Sequence record: NZ_MK262712.1
Length of the DNA stretch: 64,000 nt
Strand: one strand, 5' to 3'
Source: a plasmid
The notes beneath the pieces are model-generated. The model was not told where the DNA came from. It searched no databases and saw only the letters and a program-made list of their open reading frames with translations. This document shows, one piece after another, positions 30,396 to 39,274 of the stretch (position 1 is the first letter of the stretch; every line of letters begins with the position of its first letter). A program made the position numbers and the translations under genes.

Positions 30396-31253
30396 TTATT
30401 TGTTAAAGGGATTTTTAAGCAAAGGTTGTAAATTCAGTTTTAACCAGTTTTTATAATCAGTCGGTAATCCATTGCCCAACACTCCATCTTCACGAACTAC
30501 AGATGGGATGCCTTGAACGTTATAAATGGATGCCAGGTATAGACCTGTAACAATAGGTTCTACTGAACAATCTTTCAGATTTTCATGAGGAATAAGCCGG
30601 TTGTTTATATCTTCTGATTTTCCTAATAACGACTGAAGAATATCATAATTGGTAATTTTACCAGCTTTAACAGAGCACCACATTTGTTTTACCCGTTTAG
30701 CTGATTCGCCAGGGCTGGGTAAAATAACAATATCAAAGCGAACAAGTTCCCTTTCTTCATTCATCTTTTTCAGAAAGTCAATACAATCTTGACAATCAAG
30801 AGAAATGAATATAACTGCCTGTCGTTTGAGGGACGGATTCCCGAACTGGATAGTAAAGGCATCCTCAGGTTTGAACGGTGCTTCGTTCAATGGTAAAAAG
30901 TAACTTTCTCGGATATCTGATATCGATTGAACTTGTTTTTTCCTGAGAACATCATAAACTTTACCTTCTGAAAAAGAGTAGCGACCCGTTGTGGTAACTA
31001 GGGTGAGGCCACTTCGCTGATCCTCAAATAAAAAAATCCCACCCGTCGGTAAGTAGACAGCATCCTTTGGCTGGTAAGGACTAAGCTTGCTAACTAATCC
31101 CCTTGACGACTGATTTAAAGCGAGACCATTTTCAGCAGCAGCGCGTGTTAACGCCGCAGCTTCTGCATCATACTTATCAGCTGCAGCAGAATGAGTTGAA
31201 TTGAGTAGTGCTATACACACGAGCAACTTGATAAGTAACTTTCTCATAATCAC
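30396..31253 (-). CDS. Periplasmic thioredoxin-fold disulfide isomerase, DsbC/TrbB-like
   Basis: Signal peptide and a CxxC active site (SLDCQDCIDF). F-type systems carry a TrbB disulfide isomerase. Confidence 0.55.
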   Translation of the reverse strand: MIMRKLLIKLLVCIALLNSTHSAAADKYDAEAAALTRAAAENGLALNQSSRGLVSKLSPYQPKDAVYLPTGGIFLFEDQRSGLTLVTTTGRYSFSEGKVYDVLRKKQVQSISDIRESYFLPLNEAPFKPEDAFTIQFGNPSLKRQAVIFISLDCQDCIDFLKKMNEERELVRFDIVILPSPGESAKRVKQMWCSVKAGKITNYDILQSLLGKSEDINNRLIPHENLKDCSVEPIVTGLYLASIYNVQGIPSVVREDGVLGNGLPTDYKNWLKLNLQPLLKNPFNK

Positions 31254-31714
31254 TGTTTACCCTCAAAATATTTAGGGTCTATACCATATTCAGTCAGTTC
31301 GCTTTCTACTTCTGATTCATCTATGTAAGCTACTTCATTTACTGTTGATGGTCGTGTAATGACATAATTCATATCGAGCACCAGGAAATCACGTGCCCGG
31401 TAAAGTGCCATCAACTTGCGAATATAAGGGAGATAACCTTCACCTTTTCCATTGTGTGCTTTTAAATACTGTTCATTTAAAGCAGAAGGGTTAAGAACGG
31501 CAATTTTTACGCTCTTATGAAACAGTCCTACTCCTTCATTCATTCTCTTCCCAATATACACTGAAATACATACCAGGATAGCGACGACAATGATGATTTT
31601 AACAGCCTTTTCGACTAAAGAATAAGACAGTGAGAATGTCAGGCTTTTCTGTTCGCTTGACACTTTTTCAAAATCAGCGTCATGTTGGTCTTCATCTTTA
31701 ACTGGTTGAGTCAT
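31250..31714 (-). CDS. Small inner-membrane protein, 154 aa
   Basis: Single TM (IIIVVAILVCISVYIG), between the traB-like and DsbC-like genes. Confidence 0.4.
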   Translation of the reverse strand: MTQPVKDEDQHDADFEKVSSEQKSLTFSLSYSLVEKAVKIIIVVAILVCISVYIGKRMNEGVGLFHKSVKIAVLNPSALNEQYLKAHNGKGEGYLPYIRKLMALYRARDFLVLDMNYVITRPSTVNEVAYIDESEVESELTEYGIDPKYFEGKQ

Positions 31715-31716
31715 GT

Positions 31717-33087
31717 TTATTTCGCCGATAAATTGGTTGGGATGGATGCACCACTAAGAACGACAAAAGTCGCATTAATACCCGGAGAAAGCTCTACAAC
31801 TGGCCACTGCTGATCAATCATGTGGGTATACCAGTCTGTCAGCTTGTTTAATCCTCCTGAGACCATACCGCTTGCACCCACAGCGCCAAGAGCACCAATA
31901 TTAGGTCCCTGGTATTGTGCTTGTGAGTTAGGGTCGATATTCAACTGGCTAACTTTGCTTGGGCTCAGTCCCTGCGCCAGCGCACTAAGTCCACCTGCAA
32001 AAGCACTACCCATAATTGCGTTACCGTTTCTGGAGATAAGCGTACCTTTGATACCGGCTTTACCATCGATTTCACTAACAGCGTATGCCTCCAATTTGAT
32101 ATCAAAGCTTTTGCCTTTAGAATTAACACAGCTCAGACTAGTTGTGCGGATATAGACTCGTTCAGAAGCCATATCTCCACGAGCAGTACCTAAGAGGTTG
32201 CAGTCACGTAGATCCATTCTGTAGTTATTGGGTAAAAACACATCGCGTTTAACCCTGAACGTTACTCCCAAAGGTTCTTCTTGAGACGACAATGAGGTCG
32301 GCGCTTCAACACCTGTCACCAGAACTGCATACAGTTGAGACGTAGCAGGCAAATACTGGTCTTCAGCACGCTTTGAGTGGCGAGCATTGCTATCAACCGG
32401 CTTAGTACCATCTCCTGCGATAGCAGCTCCAGGTCCAGCTTTAACGACCCGCTTTTGATTCGCGTTAGTAATGTTCTTTTCAACAATTGGTGTGACTTCA
32501 AGAACACCGTTATTGGCCGTGGTAATGCTGTTGCTGGTTATAGTGCGTACCAACTGAGTGCGTTGAGGCGCAATCCCTCCTGCAACTGGTATTTCCTGAT
32601 TGCGATTCCCTTCTGCATTACGGTTTAGCTGATAGGCTGGATTTTGCTGCTGATTTTCATAGACCGGCTGGCCTACGCGGTTATCAAGACTACGATTGCT
32701 CGCAGGTCCCTTTCCATTCTGCATATCAGAGATCTGTTGGTTCAGTTGCTTAATTTGGATTTTAAGTTCAGTCAGCTCACTGGAATTTTCGGCCTTATAT
32801 TTTTCCATTTGCTTTACCTGATCCAACATGTTTTGTTGATCTTTACGGTTTTCCTGCTGAACTGTTTGCAAAAACCTTTTCTGACCTTCTTCATCCATAT
32901 TGACGATGGAAGAAGTGTCAAGCAAGTTAGTCACAGGCTTAATTTTTTTAGCTTTCTTGCTCGAATCATCTCCGCCCATAAGCGTGATGGTTACCATCAC
33001 AAGAGCCGCTAATGCTAGGACAAGCAAAAAAGCAATTCGAATTGCTTTATTTTCTTCCCACAATTCCTTCAGCTTCAAAGTTTTCAT
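31717..33087 (-). CDS. trhB: TraB/VirB10-like T4SS protein (TrhB-like)
   Basis: N-terminal TM (AIRIAFLLVLALAALVMVTITLMGG), coiled-coil/Gln-rich linker, Gly-rich beta C-domain, and its position. Confidence 0.6.
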   Translation of the reverse strand: MKTLKLKELWEENKAIRIAFLLVLALAALVMVTITLMGGDDSSKKAKKIKPVTNLLDTSSIVNMDEEGQKRFLQTVQQENRKDQQNMLDQVKQMEKYKAENSSELTELKIQIKQLNQQISDMQNGKGPASNRSLDNRVGQPVYENQQQNPAYQLNRNAEGNRNQEIPVAGGIAPQRTQLVRTITSNSITTANNGVLEVTPIVEKNITNANQKRVVKAGPGAAIAGDGTKPVDSNARHSKRAEDQYLPATSQLYAVLVTGVEAPTSLSSQEEPLGVTFRVKRDVFLPNNYRMDLRDCNLLGTARGDMASERVYIRTTSLSCVNSKGKSFDIKLEAYAVSEIDGKAGIKGTLISRNGNAIMGSAFAGGLSALAQGLSPSKVSQLNIDPNSQAQYQGPNIGALGAVGASGMVSGGLNKLTDWYTHMIDQQWPVVELSPGINATFVVLSGASIPTNLSAK

Positions 33088-33565
33088 TATATTGACCTTT
33101 ATTACTTGGTGGTAAATATCTCTTTACCCTCAATGACCTGACCTTTTCATCTATCTGCGGTACAGAGTAAGGAGGCTCAGCCCGTAAATTTTTGAAAACG
33201 TTATTTTCGAGTTGCTCATAGAACTGACTATCACTATCCAGTTCAATGTGAGGCAACTCTATTGCCTGTTCATTGGTTTTCTGATCAAGTGTGGTGATGC
33301 TTTTTTCATCAAAACTTTCATCCGGTTTTGAATCAAAGCTACCCTTTCGAGTGAAATCCTTATCAGATAGCAATTTGTCAGAGTCATATACCTTAAAATC
33401 ATCAAAGCCAGGGGGCGCTGATTCTTGCACTGTATATTCCGATGGCACAATTTGAACTATCGCGGTGCGTTCCTTTGCTAAATTCCCTATAAAAAACCCC
33501 ATCCCTAGACCGACACTGAACAAAATGCCCCAAGTGAAAATTGAAAAGTTACTTTTTTTTGTCAT
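33047..33565 (-). CDS. Membrane protein, 172 aa
   Basis: TM (NFSIFTWGILFSVGLGMGFFIGNL). ATGA overlap with the traK-like stop. Confidence 0.4.
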   Translation of the reverse strand: MTKKSNFSIFTWGILFSVGLGMGFFIGNLAKERTAIVQIVPSEYTVQESAPPGFDDFKVYDSDKLLSDKDFTRKGSFDSKPDESFDEKSITTLDQKTNEQAIELPHIELDSDSQFYEQLENNVFKNLRAEPPYSVPQIDEKVRSLRVKRYLPPSNKGQYNENFEAEGIVGRK

Positions 33566-34731
33566 TCATTAATCAGACTTGGTCGTTTAGTTACACGTGA
33601 CTCCCGTTCCTGGTAAAGCTTGTCACGAAGGATATACAGCTCAGTTTTTTCACCCGGTTGTAAGAATGCTTTATCAAAGATTGCTGTAGCAATCACACCT
33701 GGTGTTATGCATTTTTGGTCATCAACAACCGATGGATATGTCAGTGTGTTTTGCACAAGAATGACATCAACCAGTTCACGAGCCCCAATAAGACGTTGCC
33801 CAAGTTTTGCGTAAAAATTAAACCGGCAAGGGGATTTTTCGTTATTAGGTATAACCGAAAGTTTATCTAGTTGGAGTGCAAAACCGGTAGGTACCTCACC
33901 GTTAGCAACGGGATAAAGAATATCTATTATCCTTTGTTTGCGGTCATCCTGAGCAATAGCTTTTTCGTCAAGCTCACCCGATTGCGCTTTTTCAAGAAGT
34001 TCTTTATTTGTGTTTTCAGCGATATGGCGATCACGTTCAATGGCCATGTTTCGCGTTAACTGTGTTTGAACACGAATCATAGCTCCCGGTACATCGATGG
34101 GGATCAATGTCAGGTTATATGTTGATTCAGGAACCCCTTCTTCGGACAACATGATACCTATAGGCGCATCTTTTACAGTTGTTATAAAGACACTGCCACC
34201 TTCTACATAGATGGTTGTATCTTCTGACGGTGCAGTTGTAGAAACGCTTACGTTCTTAAAAGTCGTCTGGATACGGTTTTGTAAACCTAATGAAACAGGG
34301 AGAACAATGTTTCCACCCGGCGGCACCGTGACGTTTTGCATTGGCTGATACCGTTTTTTTGCTTCGTTTACCGCTTTCTGCCCAGGCCCCTCAGAAGGGG
34401 TATTGTTCAACAGGGAATCGGTCATTGACCGAACCGCTGGTGAAGAAGCACTCGCTGGTGAAAGTCCGGGGGCAGCAGGTAGTGCAGTTGTCGGGCGGTT
34501 CGAATTAACAGGCGGCTGATTGCTGTCAATTGGTGGTTGATTAACAGCCACTGTCCCCGGAACTTGTTTAACTGCATTAGTTACAATATTCATAGCTTCG
34601 GCGGAATCTGGTGGTTCATCGAAAGCTTGTGTATTCACTGCCGACGCCGGAATACTGAACGGTTCATCTGCATGAACAAATGGAGCCAGCACGTTTAATG
34701 TGATTAGTATACCTAAGAGTTTTCTTTTCAT
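33562..34731 (-). CDS. trhK: TraK/VirB9-like secretin-type T4SS protein (TrhK-like)
   Basis: Signal peptide MKRKLLGILITLNVLAPFVHA and a Pro-rich linker. Position after the traE-like gene. Confidence 0.55.
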   Translation of the reverse strand: MKRKLLGILITLNVLAPFVHADEPFSIPASAVNTQAFDEPPDSAEAMNIVTNAVKQVPGTVAVNQPPIDSNQPPVNSNRPTTALPAAPGLSPASASSPAVRSMTDSLLNNTPSEGPGQKAVNEAKKRYQPMQNVTVPPGGNIVLPVSLGLQNRIQTTFKNVSVSTTAPSEDTTIYVEGGSVFITTVKDAPIGIMLSEEGVPESTYNLTLIPIDVPGAMIRVQTQLTRNMAIERDRHIAENTNKELLEKAQSGELDEKAIAQDDRKQRIIDILYPVANGEVPTGFALQLDKLSVIPNNEKSPCRFNFYAKLGQRLIGARELVDVILVQNTLTYPSVVDDQKCITPGVIATAIFDKAFLQPGEKTELYILRDKLYQERESRVTKRPSLINE

Positions 34732-34732
34732 A

Positions 34733-35593
34733 TTATTGAGCTTCTGCTTCGTTCAGTTGCTTGTTCATATCGGTATTTTCAGTGAACTCTTTTTCCAATA
34801 CCTTCCCGTTAACTGTGACTTTTTTGATATTAGGGGTCCCTGAATACTGGTTCAGATACAGTATTCGAGGTCGCCCACTTTTCACACTCAAAACCATCTC
34901 GTAAGTCCAACGCTCAGTTTGTTCCTTATCAGAGACGTTTAGGAATTTAGTTTTGCGAGTACCCCATACATAAAGAACATTATCACTGGGTAAAAAGTTG
35001 ACGTCCTCTGCAACAAATGTTTGATCAACCTTTCTTGCAAGCATTAAATCCGAGGCTTTTTTGAGTTCTGCTTCTAACTCGCTCTGTTTAGATGCCGGAA
35101 ACATCTTAAGAATATAACTGGTAACGAAAGTAACATTTTTAGGGTTAATGTTCCCCAATGTGGTTGCTATAAATAGCCCCCATTGCGTCTTATATGACTC
35201 ACTTGCCTTACTTCCGGCTACGGAAACTTCCTCAGTCATATCCGGAGGGATGGCAATGACCTCAGTTGTGGAAAAAAAGACCACTTTAATTACCAAAAGG
35301 CCAGCAATCACCGTCAATAATCCATTGTTTAAGATTAATTTTTTGTCACGCTGAATTAACTGACTGTAGGTAAGTTCAGCACCCGTTTTCTTCCCTTTTT
35401 TAGGAGGCTCGAGTTCTTTTGACAAATTCAGGATGGACTTATGACGCTGAATTTTATCATTGCTGTAACTTTCAGTTTTTTCATACTGGACGTCGTCAGC
35501 CTCATCATCCTTTGATTTATCAACTGTCTTCTTCTTCGGTACAAACCTGAAGAAGTTCATGACGTTTTCTAAAAGTGACTTTTTCTCGTTCAT
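34733..35593 (-). CDS. trhE: TraE/VirB8-like T4SS protein (TrhE-like)
   Basis: Bitopic: cytoplasmic Lys-rich N-terminus, one TM (LLTVIAGLLVIKVVFF), periplasmic domain. Position. Confidence 0.55.
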   Translation of the reverse strand: MNEKKSLLENVMNFFRFVPKKKTVDKSKDDEADDVQYEKTESYSNDKIQRHKSILNLSKELEPPKKGKKTGAELTYSQLIQRDKKLILNNGLLTVIAGLLVIKVVFFSTTEVIAIPPDMTEEVSVAGSKASESYKTQWGLFIATTLGNINPKNVTFVTSYILKMFPASKQSELEAELKKASDLMLARKVDQTFVAEDVNFLPSDNVLYVWGTRKTKFLNVSDKEQTERWTYEMVLSVKSGRPRILYLNQYSGTPNIKKVTVNGKVLEKEFTENTDMNKQLNEAEAQ

Positions 35594-35611
35594 AACTTCT
35601 CCGGGGTTAAT

Positions 35612-35914
35612 TTAGCTGTACAGCACTCTCATAAAGGGATCAGAGAAATATCGACTCTGGTAAACAGTTCTTCCAGGAAGAAAACCATTCCACCAAAGTT
35701 TATGTTTCAATCTCCCCCGTACAGAGCTTTCCTTAGCTTTGTTGTATGAGACCCAGTAAACAACTGCGGTTACTGTGGCTATCGTCATGCATTCAAAAAT
35801 GTTCCCGAATGCCAAGAGTCCCATAACAACACCAATCTGCTTTGCATCAAAAAAGAGAATCAGCAAAGGTAAATTAATCCGGTACGGAAAGCGGTATGTG
35901 TAGTTATTTTCCAT
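35612..35914 (-). CDS. trhL: TraL/VirB3-like T4SS protein (TrhL-like)
   Basis: 100 aa. YRFP motif, two TM helices and a LWWNG motif, as in F TraL. Confidence 0.65.
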   Translation of the reverse strand: MENNYTYRFPYRINLPLLILFFDAKQIGVVMGLLAFGNIFECMTIATVTAVVYWVSYNKAKESSVRGRLKHKLWWNGFLPGRTVYQSRYFSDPFMRVLYS

Positions 35915-35957
35915 TCAGTTACCACCAGTAGTCATCATGCTCTCTATTGTACAGGTA

Positions 35958-35982
35958 ATAAAAAGGGGACTTTCGTCCCCAA
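35958..35982 (-). terminator. Attenuator/terminator hairpin downstream of the pilin gene
   Basis: GGGGAC-tttc-GTCCCC followed on the minus strand by T5, between the pilin and traL-like genes. Confidence 0.45.
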
Positions 35983-36015
35983 ATTGTTGTTTTGCTCGTT
36001 TAGCAAAAATTTTTT

Positions 36016-36438
36016 TTAAAGCACAACACCCGCATCAAGGAATCCGGTGATGATTTTTTCGCCGTTAGCCAAAATCATCATCATAAGGAATGAAACGAGT
36101 GCCAAACCCGGGTTCGGACGGCCGATGGAGAAGTAGAATGCAGAGATCAGCATACATGCGGCCAGGGCCTTCCCGGGCGCGCCACTTAAAGCTTCTGAAA
36201 GTTGGGTCCAAATTTCACCCAAGGCTCCGTCATCCCCGCCCGCCAAAGCAATAGATGAGAACAACGCAGCGCACAACAGCGCAATAAATACCTGGAACAT
36301 TTTATTGCTAAGCATATTACGCAGGCTTTCAGCCAGAGTGTAGTTAGCAGTAGTGCCGCTCATAGCCATTGATTTCTGGATCATTGTGAAACTCCTGAAT
36401 GCGAATATTGTATATGTGTTCTGGTGACTAACCAGCAA
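36016..36438 (-). CDS. trhA: Conjugative pilin precursor (TraA/TrhA-like)
   Basis: First gene of the traA-L-E-K-B order. Long leader, two hydrophobic segments, Ala/Gly-rich (AALFSSIALAGGDDGALGEIW...). An alternative start is at 36387. Confidence 0.6.
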   Translation of the reverse strand: MLVSHQNTYTIFAFRSFTMIQKSMAMSGTTANYTLAESLRNMLSNKMFQVFIALLCAALFSSIALAGGDDGALGEIWTQLSEALSGAPGKALAACMLISAFYFSIGRPNPGLALVSFLMMMILANGEKIITGFLDAGVVL

Positions 36439-36439
36439 T

Positions 36440-36870
36440 TGGAGAATACCCTGGGTTAATTTTTGATTTTCAAACTAAGGAACAAATTTTTTAAACAAAA
36501 AAGAGAAAACGCTGAAGTTATAAAAGTTACTTTTCAATGAGTTTTTTTCTTATCGACATGTCATTATCAATTAGTTACAAAATTCGCCCTGTTTCATTCA
36601 TTTCACTTTGCCAAAGAAAACATATTGATTTTAAAGTAGATTTTGACAACCTCTTTTCTCCCGTAATCCTTTTTATCCTCCTGTACATTCTTGGTTTCTT
36701 CGAAAAAGTCACTTTTTTGTCCATGCAAACACTGTTTTTGCGATCATAAAAGTAACTTTTGGACCTGATAAATTACGATGTCCTTTAAAAAAGTGACTAT
36801 TGGTCACCATCTTAATGTTCACTTCTTGAGCAAGGACAACCAGGGAGTTGAGAAAAGTCACTTTTTGGCT
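36440..36870. promoter_or_regulatory. Regulatory hub upstream of the pilin operon with five palindrome-motif copies
   Basis: AAAAGTTACTTTT (36521), AAAAAGTCACTTTTTT (36702), AAAAGTAACTTTT (36746), AAAAAAGTGACTATTGGTCAC (36786), AAAAGTCACTTTTT (36852). Confidence 0.55.
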
Positions 36871-37199
36871 GTGATACAGTTCAGGTGTTAATTTTCCCCT
36901 TCCAGCTTAACTACCATAATTAGTGGGTCATCAAAAGAGGCGCACAGATCCTCCAAAAATGGTCCTAGAATGTAGAGAAAATGGAGAAATTTTGAATAAT
37001 TTGTAACCCACATAACATATTGATCTTTAATAGTTTAATGTTATTTTTGGAATAATTATCTAAATGACTACGGTTACACATAGCACTTTGGAACATAATC
37101 AGCTATAGAAGATAAAACTTATGCTTTTACCCTCTTCCCATGGGCCATTTCTAAATGTAAATTTAGGAGAATTCTTATGTTTGTCATGAAAGGAATATC

Positions 37200-37514
37200 A
37201 TGAAAAGTCGGATGGTAGAGGTCGCTGGGTTAAATCTTAAAATTACCATACATAACAACATGTTAGCTTTGAGTTATAATATTGACGGGCTCAGTATTTA
37301 CAATTCAAGTCGTATTATTCGCAACTCAAAACTAACCGAATCTGAGATTTTCGCAAGAATTGACGCTGATTTGGTTAGCAAAGTTTTTTCTGTAAATATC
37401 AAGCAGATAAACAACATCGTACACTCTAATGTCTGCGTAATACCTATACAGACTCAAGCTAAACAGGTTAACTTTGCGGCTGGAGTAATGGCGTCTTGTT
37501 TCAAGAATTTCTGA
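37200..37514 (+). CDS. Hypothetical protein, 104 aa
   Basis: ORF only. Confidence 0.3.
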   Translation: MKSRMVEVAGLNLKITIHNNMLALSYNIDGLSIYNSSRIIRNSKLTESEIFARIDADLVSKVFSVNIKQINNIVHSNVCVIPIQTQAKQVNFAAGVMASCFKNF

Positions 37515-37643
37515 TTAATAGTCTAGATACCATAGGGATAATCGGAAGTATTATCGCTCCCCTGCTCGTGATGTCAGCTGGTTCTGGTGACATAAAAATA
37601 CCCCCTTACCTAGCGATCTTTTCCTGATAGGATAGGAATATTT

Positions 37644-38327
37644 GTGAGGGGGGTAAATATGTGGGTCACAAAAGATAATGAAATTATCTCAGATGCTGAA
37701 CCGGATTCAGACGGTTTTATGGAAGTTCGCCGTCCATGCCCTGACTGTTTAGGTTCAGGTATAAACTGCCTCCAGTGTGCGGGTTCTGGCTCATTGCCGG
37801 CTGTTATGGAAAAAGTATATCCTGTGTACGAGTGGGCTTCTAAAAACTCTCTACAGATGCCATTTAAATCACCTGAACAAGCACTTATTAAAAGCTTTCT
37901 TAAAGTTATTTTAGAGGCACCCAATCAGGGTAAAAGTAATTTTTACTCAGCACTCATCCAAAAATTGGATAAAAGTTACTTTCCTACAAAGTTACAATTT
38001 CGATGTCTGAAACCTAATGGATATAGAAAAAGTTCAGCAGTCAGCCTTCAAGTACGGCCCTTTACTGCCAAAATCGGTACCAAACTGTATCTGGCTCTCA
38101 CCGTAATTAAAATTCAGGTGCTCACCAGAAAATGTTCTTCTGAGAGTTTTTCATCTTTACTTTTGGAGACCTCTGACCACCGGCATTTTATTGCTTATGA
38201 TACGCACCCATCAGGGTTTATTCTTGGTAATATAATTAATTGCAATGTCCAAGTTGTTAAACGACTCTGGGTTAATAATATGAGTATATTGCTGGTGAAA
38301 ATGATTTCATCTTCTCTGATTAAGTGA
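37644..38327 (+). CDS. Hypothetical protein with N-terminal CxxC-x8-CxxC zinc-ribbon-like motif
   Basis: RRPCPDCLGSGINCLQCAGSGS. Confidence 0.4.
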   Translation: MRGVNMWVTKDNEIISDAEPDSDGFMEVRRPCPDCLGSGINCLQCAGSGSLPAVMEKVYPVYEWASKNSLQMPFKSPEQALIKSFLKVILEAPNQGKSNFYSALIQKLDKSYFPTKLQFRCLKPNGYRKSSAVSLQVRPFTAKIGTKLYLALTVIKIQVLTRKCSSESFSSLLLETSDHRHFIAYDTHPSGFILGNIINCNVQVVKRLWVNNMSILLVKMISSSLIK

Positions 38328-38382
38328 CAGTGGTTACCAAACACAAGTTATAAGTCTTTTAAAGAGGCAATACTTACTCGTT

Positions 38383-39147
38383 ATGAATAGTCATAAGAAT
38401 TACAAAGAGTTAGGGTTATTGCAGGATTTTTTTAGAAAAAACCATAAAGCTACCTTTAATTGTGATCAAAATAAAGTTGAGATCACCTCTAGTGATATCA
38501 CTCCACTTCTTGTTAAAGGTAAAAGTAACTTTCAACAGGCTAAGTTTTGTTTATCCGGACCGGTGATGCATTTACGGTATCAACCTTTATGGTTTGCTAT
38601 TTTGCTGGGACTGAACGCTAGACAACCAATCCATCAAGAACTTCAGTTCAGTATTTCACTTGTTGAACTTATAGAAAAATCGGGACGTGTTTGTCAGGCA
38701 CTCGGAATCAGGCAAGTCAACTATACACTTGCTGAAGTTTCTTACTTTTTGTTGCTACTCATAGAGTTCAGAATCGAGATACAAAAAAGTAATATCTGTC
38801 AGACCTGTTCGGTTTTTACAGAAATCAGTCACGATATAGATTTTCAGTCTATCAGCATGGCTAGTGTTACTATCAATCCTAGAGTGGTTGACAAACTTTG
38901 GGAACTGACTAATTCGGCGTCAGTTTTTTTGACAACTCTCTTTTTTGCCAAGCGCCCGGAACTATACAGCCTACTGCAAAAGTTACTTTCAAAAACTGAA
39001 GAGGTTTCCCTTAGCGACATTGCTCCTGCAACGTTTCAACACGTACAGTTGTTATGCCGTCATGGCCTCGTCACCTACACTAAAAAGCATAAAATACTTG
39101 ATATTCATAGTGTTAGTGTTTTAATTGAAGGCCTCCACCCATTGTAA
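38383..39147 (+). CDS. Hypothetical protein, 254 aa
   Basis: ORF in the divergent accessory operon. Confidence 0.4.
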   Translation: MNSHKNYKELGLLQDFFRKNHKATFNCDQNKVEITSSDITPLLVKGKSNFQQAKFCLSGPVMHLRYQPLWFAILLGLNARQPIHQELQFSISLVELIEKSGRVCQALGIRQVNYTLAEVSYFLLLLIEFRIEIQKSNICQTCSVFTEISHDIDFQSISMASVTINPRVVDKLWELTNSASVFLTTLFFAKRPELYSLLQKLLSKTEEVSLSDIAPATFQHVQLLCRHGLVTYTKKHKILDIHSVSVLIEGLHPL

Positions 39148-39274
39148 ACAACCAGTAAAAGTAACTTTCATAAAAAATTTACCAAACTGGCTTTTTTGAC
39201 CACATAGCGAGAAACTTTTACAAAATAATACTGTACAGTCTAATTTCAGGAATGGTTCAGTCATAGGTAAGAAA

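Noticed and set aside
36537-36749. 70-aa plus-strand ORF within the pilin promoter hub.
   Set aside because: AT-rich regulatory region full of palindrome copies, with no RBS. Likely spurious.
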